A DNA stretch of 42,592 nucleotides from Catajapyx aquilonaris. Lineage: Eukaryota. Positions 36,678-42,592 of this stretch are shown here, in pieces. The DNA lies in the NCBI GenBank assembly GCA_000934665.2, contig JYFJ02003386.1, forward strand, positions 1-42,592, given 5' to 3'. Below the pieces are notes generated by a model that was not told where the DNA came from, searched no databases, and saw only the letters and a list, made by a program, of their open reading frames with translations. The position numbers and the translations under genes are program-made. The stretch's first letter is position 1; each line of letters begins with the position of its first letter.

Positions 36678-38370
36678 TCTAAATTGAATATATTGAACAG
36701 ACTAGTCATATTACCTGTTTTATGATCAAGTTTCTGTTATCATCTGTTTTCCTTATTTTTGATATCTTAATTTCTCTCTCTACAAAAAAATATGTACGAG
36801 CGTATTAATAAGAGATACTACGTACTTCTAAATGTCAGCATGTCAATAGGCGCAAAGGCCAGTAATTAAATGAAGAAAGTTGACTGTTCTATAGCGTATT
36901 TTATTAATGAAAAAAAATAAGAAGGTACCGGTACTATATCAATATTAGTAATAGCCTACTGGAACATGTGGCGTTCGTAAGTCGTTCACATCCTTGAAAC
37001 AACTTGACTTTAATTTTTAAAGTGAAAGGCGTAATTAAATTTTCCAGTGGGAAAACTGATGACATTTTCTAGAATATCTCAGAGTCAGAGTGCAGGCGAT
37101 CCACAATTTAAGTATACTCTAATGTACTGTACTTCTATTACTGCTAAGGATTTTTCCCTGGAGCTTCCTTATGGGTTTCCATGACTACTCGAATACTGCT
37201 GATATTATCTGATAACTTCAGGCGAGGGAGACAAAACTCCAAGCTTTTAGGAAGAAAGCTATATTGATGGCCCTAATTATATCTGCACCAATGGAGGGGC
37301 TGCACTGTTTTAAATAACTTCCGGTTTGGGATGTTAGCATTTGCTCAGTGGTTCTGAGGAAACATCGGCAATGACACGGATTCAGTGGTGCCTGACCTTA
37401 TTTAGATCAGGAAACTGCCAAAGTCGGAAAGTATAATATGTCCTTTTTGCAGCGAGCTACTCCAATGTTCAATAGCGCCCAGAGGAACTCTTTGTGAACA
37501 GAAATTGCTTGAAAATTTTTAACCTCCTTTTTACTTGGGTTCAAAACCGATATTAAATTTGCAACGGATCCAAACCGTTTTATGTGATACGTCGATAGAT
37601 CTACTTGTATATGTGGAGCTAATCTGTAACTTATGGTGAAAATCCTAAAAGAAGGCCAAAGCTGCGGTATGCTGTGGAAGCCACTATACACTATATAGTG
37701 CTGTGCCTGTTATTTTTGGGATTTTCGAATTATTTGAGAAGGGGTGTTAACGCCGCGACCGCGTCGTTATTTTACTAAGAAGGTTTGTAGGCTACTGTGC
37801 AGGCATAAATAATATAAACCCGGCTATTAAGTACTCATCTCTTTAATGGTAGAGAAGAGGAATTGAGAACCACTACTATGCCTTACATACTGTACAGTGG
37901 TACAGTCAGTGCGACGTCATTTTCACTAGATTGTTTAATATCTCTGGAAATCTGAAGCAGTTTTTTCGCTCAATTTCCATATAGGGCTACAGTATTCGAA
38001 ATTTGGACTACATCATTATTATGAGCATGAATGTTGAAACATTTTTGTATTGGGCTGCCTCTTGCTGCAGGATGTACGAGCTATAATATTGGCATTCTAT
38101 TATCATGGGCCAATAATTTTTTTCTGCAAGTGTTGACCGTGTTTTACAGTGTACACAGCGATTTAATTAACACCGAATTATGCCAATATGATGGGCGAAT
38201 ATTTTCTTTGTTAAAAATGTGTTTATAATGCTCGCGATTTATGTTATCTTGTATTATCATCACTAAATTGAGATACTGTAATACATTTCACACGAATGAC
38301 AATAGTTGTTTGCTTTGCTGGTATTTCACCGATAATACGTGATCTTTCTTACAACCACACCTGGTTTCAT

Positions 38371-38449
38371 GCGCGCTTCATAGCTGCTGTCTCACGAATG
38401 ATAATGCCAATTCAGTAAGTTGACATGAGACAGCAGCTATGAAGCGCGC
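38371..38449. repeat. Perfect 24-bp inverted repeat with 31-bp spacer
   Basis: GCGCGCTTCATAGCTGCTGTCTCA ... TGAGACAGCAGCTATGAAGCGCGC. Confidence 0.9.
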
Positions 38450-41400
38450 CTCAAAATTTAACAAGTCCAATTAGTTGAAGTTAAGTTAATACGCAGTTAC
38501 AAATATCTACTAATATTCCTATAAATTTGAAAGCTGTAGCTGCTGTATCAAACAAGAACACCATAAAATCTCAACTTTTAAACTGAAAATGTCACCACTC
38601 AAGCTATCGATAGGACAAAGGCTGTGGCCCTTTCTTAAAGATGATGCCATAAAGCACCTTCAGTAAAATGAGATCGGACCACAGTAAAAGCATATCCTCC
38701 TTTGAACGTCATAAACCATATTTCATTTGAAGCCCTTCATTCTATGTCGCTTTCCTTTGACAACCAGCGCTGCTAATTTGCAATAATTATCGAACCTACT
38801 TGTATTCATAAATTATGTCAGTTTAACTGCTTCCTGACCATACACGTTATAAATGTATAAAGGCTGCATCATTAATATACAAAATAATATTTGAAACATT
38901 TCCACCATTTGAATAAAAGAGAGGTTACAAAAACATGTTGTGGTGACGTGACGCGATTGCCGATATTTTCCCTCTTGCCTGAGTACAATTTCACCAACTG
39001 CTTGAATCGCAGGCCCAAAGCGAATCGGAAACGCGCACGTTTGGGGAGATATATCGAGCACTGGGATCGAAATAGTGGCACGGAAAAGGGACCCGATTCC
39101 ATTGGCATCGGAATTGACTCTTAATCCTTACTTTTATCTTTCTTCTTTTCCCTCTCTTAATGCATACAATTTGGAAAAGGTAGGATGTAATGAATAGTTT
39201 GTGAACGTTGCCTACTGCTCCGCTTACAAAGTTTAAGATTACATGATTTGTGGAATCTAGAAAAGGATTATGCATAATATATGTGTCATTGATTGGTTTT
39301 CACAAATGAAATGAAAAATGATCTGTATGTACAAGTAAACAACTGTTTAGAACAGATAGATAATATTTCGGAAGAAACTGTGTCACAACTATACAGTGAA
39401 ATATTGCGTATGATGGAGAAAGCAAGGGAGAAAGATACCAGATGATGATAATAATTATAGGCTAGTTCATTGTTTTATGGTAATTACTTTATTGGCACAT
39501 GCATCAACTTTTGCATCAGATGGTCCAGGTGCAATTATAGGATCGGTTTCTTGCTGTGTCCGAATTGATTCTTCTTTCGAATGACTTCCCCGCCCACCCA
39601 ATTCACATGAATAGAAGCCTACCCACCTTAGACTTGTAGGATCTTCTCAACCCACAGAAACTCAGGACAATGAAGCAGTATCCACAAAGAAGGTGTATAG
39701 AGTGTAGACGGAGTCTGAGAAGGGTACGTGGGTGAGGGTACAGGGTGGTGAAACGCCCAAGTCCCCAGCTTAAACTACAGGAGAAAAACTGCCTTAGTGC
39801 TTTATATTTGTCTGGTTGAAAAATAGCATCGCAATGAACGTTTTACACCCAGCTGGTTACCGTTGGGCCGGATCTTCCTATATGACTTTGTGAACACCCC
39901 ACCTTTTAATTAAGAAGTAGGACTGAGAAGAAGCAAAGTTTCTAGATTGGACCCCCCACTCTTCGTTCTCGATCCCATAGTTGAAATCAACATAAAAGTT
40001 GCTGCGATTCATTACAAAGTCATGGAGTGTTTCGTAAATAACCCCAGTCGTTAGTTAGATGCGTTTTTGGTCACGCTTCGCCTGCATTAGAGTTAGGCAC
40101 ATGGGACTTGGCAAAAGAGCTGCACCGCTCATAAACAAAGTTAAAACTAATATTGGTTGTGCAGTTCAAAGCACAGTAATTAGTACTCTAATAACACGCG
40201 CACAATATTAGCCGCCCTTGCTTCCCGCAAATGAATGCCCTTTTCTCAGCCATTGTCGCACTTTTTTTGCAGACTCGGCCGTTCTACTTTGTTCCACTCG
40301 ACTTTAAACATGTTCAAACTATAGACTCTCCATACTATTACTGCAACCTGTAAACCATGGCAGGAAGCTAGTGCATGCAGATAAGCGGCCTACATGGCAG
40401 CTACGAAATCTAATTGCCTTGTTGGCATGAGTTTTGGACAGAGTAGCTTTCAACCTCGACGAAACTATACATAATTTATTGGCCTGCTGTTGGAGTTGCA
40501 AAGCTCAAACAGCGTATATCCCTAAAAAAACCAGAGATATTTTAAATTAACAGATATTGTGATTACTGATTAAATTGAAGCTGGAACTGGCAGCTTGAAA
40601 TGCATATAGCAATGAAAGAGAAATATTTGAAAATAATTGTAACTATTACGCTGTCCATTAGATTTACAATTACATTTAAGTTAACAAGAAATGAAATATT
40701 GTACCTGTAACTGCCGCATATTCTGTTAAATTATACAATTGGAGTCTCACAGTAGGCCTACCGATTTTCCCGCCTACATAGCAATTATATTCATTCTAAA
40801 CGCACTAAACTTGGATTAGCTTCAGCAGTCAACCTACTTCGTCTAAGAGTTAAAAATATCTTAAAAGACTTCTGAAGCACCACCACCTGTGGCTATTCCT
40901 ACTCCACAAAACAACTCCAATCCCCCCCAACACAAAATCGAAACGTGCGCTGCAATCCTAGCAAACGTTCCAACGATGAATTTGAAATTCCCCAGACATA
41001 TACGCTCCACACACCATATGAGCGATGTGTCCTGAGCTGGGGGGGTTAGGAGAATGGAGCATGTACACACACATGATGGGCAATGCCAGCAGCAGAGCAT
41101 CATCAACAGCGTGGGAGGATTGTGGGTGTTAGGTAGATGGGGGTGTAGATGTACGCCCACCCTTTTCCAGCTGCAAATAGCGCTCGATAATGGAAGCAAA
41201 AGGAAATTTTGCACATAATAGGTGGGCCATACGGAAATGGGCTATCTAGTTCCCAGACCGCTGATTCTAGCTTCAGCAAGCAGTGCTTTTTTTTTTGATC
41301 CGTTCATGCTAGAGCAGCTTAGTCCCACCTAGACAAAATGCCTGTCTTGATTATGGTAATAGTTAGTGGTGAGAGGGGAACAAAAGAGCGGCCCTCGAGA

Positions 41401-42437
41401 GAAAAATTAGATTTCGCAGGCTTGCAGGATGCAAGTGTAAGCTGAGGCAACTGAGAGTAAGTCGGGATTTTAGTTTAATGCTCATCGGCGTAGTTGTCCG
41501 CAGTGGGATGTTAGGTCACCAAACACAATGCAGGGGGTGTCAAATGTCGTTGGATCAACCAGCAGGGCCTGGAAATTGCGCTTTTCCGTCCCGCCACTCT
41601 TGCCTACTTTTTCAGCCATTTTGTGGATGGACGTTCAAGGACTTTTAGGCTAACTATTGGTGCATCCTGCAAAACGTTGGTTTTTAACGGATTTGTAGGT
41701 CTATTAGGTATCGGATGGCATACATATTGAGCCAGCTTTTGGTGGGTATTACCCGCGTATTACCCAAGCCTCGTTACAAGCCGTACCTTCAGATCCAGTT
41801 TTGTGTGCAGATTCGAAATATGCGGCTTAAATTCCGCTATTGTCTACTATGCTCAAAATTAATCTTGTCAGAAAGCAGAACAAAGGCATATTCTTGCTCC
41901 ATTTCATTGAACCTTGTGAACGAAACGCATCACGCGTGAAATTGTTGCTCTAATAAGTCTCAACATGAAGCTGCAAAACTGATTATGAACGAGCGGGCGG
42001 TTAACTCAACGGCAGTGAAAACAATAATAAAATGTGGGGCCTTAATGAAAGTGGAGGTCCCAGCCATGCCGCATTAATAGCCCAGCTTCAAAAACGATAT
42101 TGCAAGGTCTCTGCCCCTTTCATTTGGCTAAAATGTCTCCTGATATGGGCAATTACCCATGGAGTTATCCTACGTAAGTGTGGCCTTGCGGATCAAGAAA
42201 AGTGGTAAAGCGATGAAGCGGACAAGTTGAACAAGGTCCTAGAAATGATTGGGGCATTTTGTGTTGCAAGGGCATATAAGGGCAGGGATAGGCCTACCTT
42301 ATATTTTCACACTTCGCGTCATCCGCGTCTGGAGGGTGGGGATTGATCACTTTTCCTACGACACTGAGTAACTAAAGTGTGCAATTCTAAAAAGGCTTGT
42401 GGCACCACTTGAGTTTTCATCGTAATTACTCTTTATA

Positions 42438-42592
42438 CAGGGTGATCCAACTCTATGGCACCAGTAGTTATTGAAAAAATCGCGCAAGCTGCTTATTTAT
42501 AAGCAAGTCGTTGCTAAGAGATGCTTTCTGGCTCTTTCTGGAGAATCGGGAATAGCACCTGCTGATATTAGGTCCAATGGCCATGTAACAAT
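42438..42592 (+). mobile_element. Left end of a Tc1/mariner MITE related to the 2752 element (runs toward window edge)
   Basis: TA|CAGGGTGATCCAACT...AGTTATTGAAA...AAGCTGCTTATTTATAAGCA parallels 2750-2821. Confidence 0.6.

Noticed and set aside
1..42592. CRISPR array, operon or other prokaryotic system
   Set aside because: No regularly spaced direct repeats, very low coding density, eukaryotic TE landscape

Overview
This window is AT-rich animal (probably invertebrate) nuclear DNA, intergenic or intronic in character. I recognise no intact conserved gene, transposase/RT ORF, rRNA or CRISPR array, and almost all listed ORFs look spurious. It is dominated by short non-autonomous transposons: Tc1/mariner-pogo, PIF/Harbinger, hAT-like and CACTA-like MITEs, long foldback elements, a tRNA-Gly-derived SINE and two TSD-bounded truncated retro-insertions. 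The main non-TE signal is a locally triplicated segment (A ~234-2338, B ~6247-7358, C ~14726-16555). Copies A and C carry a minus-strand, apparently spliced orphan gene (exon starting gccATGGA, MD[Y/P]QFSQ, ending at a GTAAGT donor; then a PEQEL...YA[M/L]FL..L.RLK...P.NK[R/K] exon). The two copies diverged with a clear synonymous bias and are now both disrupted. Aligning the copies exposes an empty site for a 610-bp foldback element with no clean TSD, and several gained TA-x-TA motifs that look like DNA-transposon excision footprints, a motif class strongly enriched across the window. All alignments were done by eye; TE superfamily names are inferred from termini and TSDs only.
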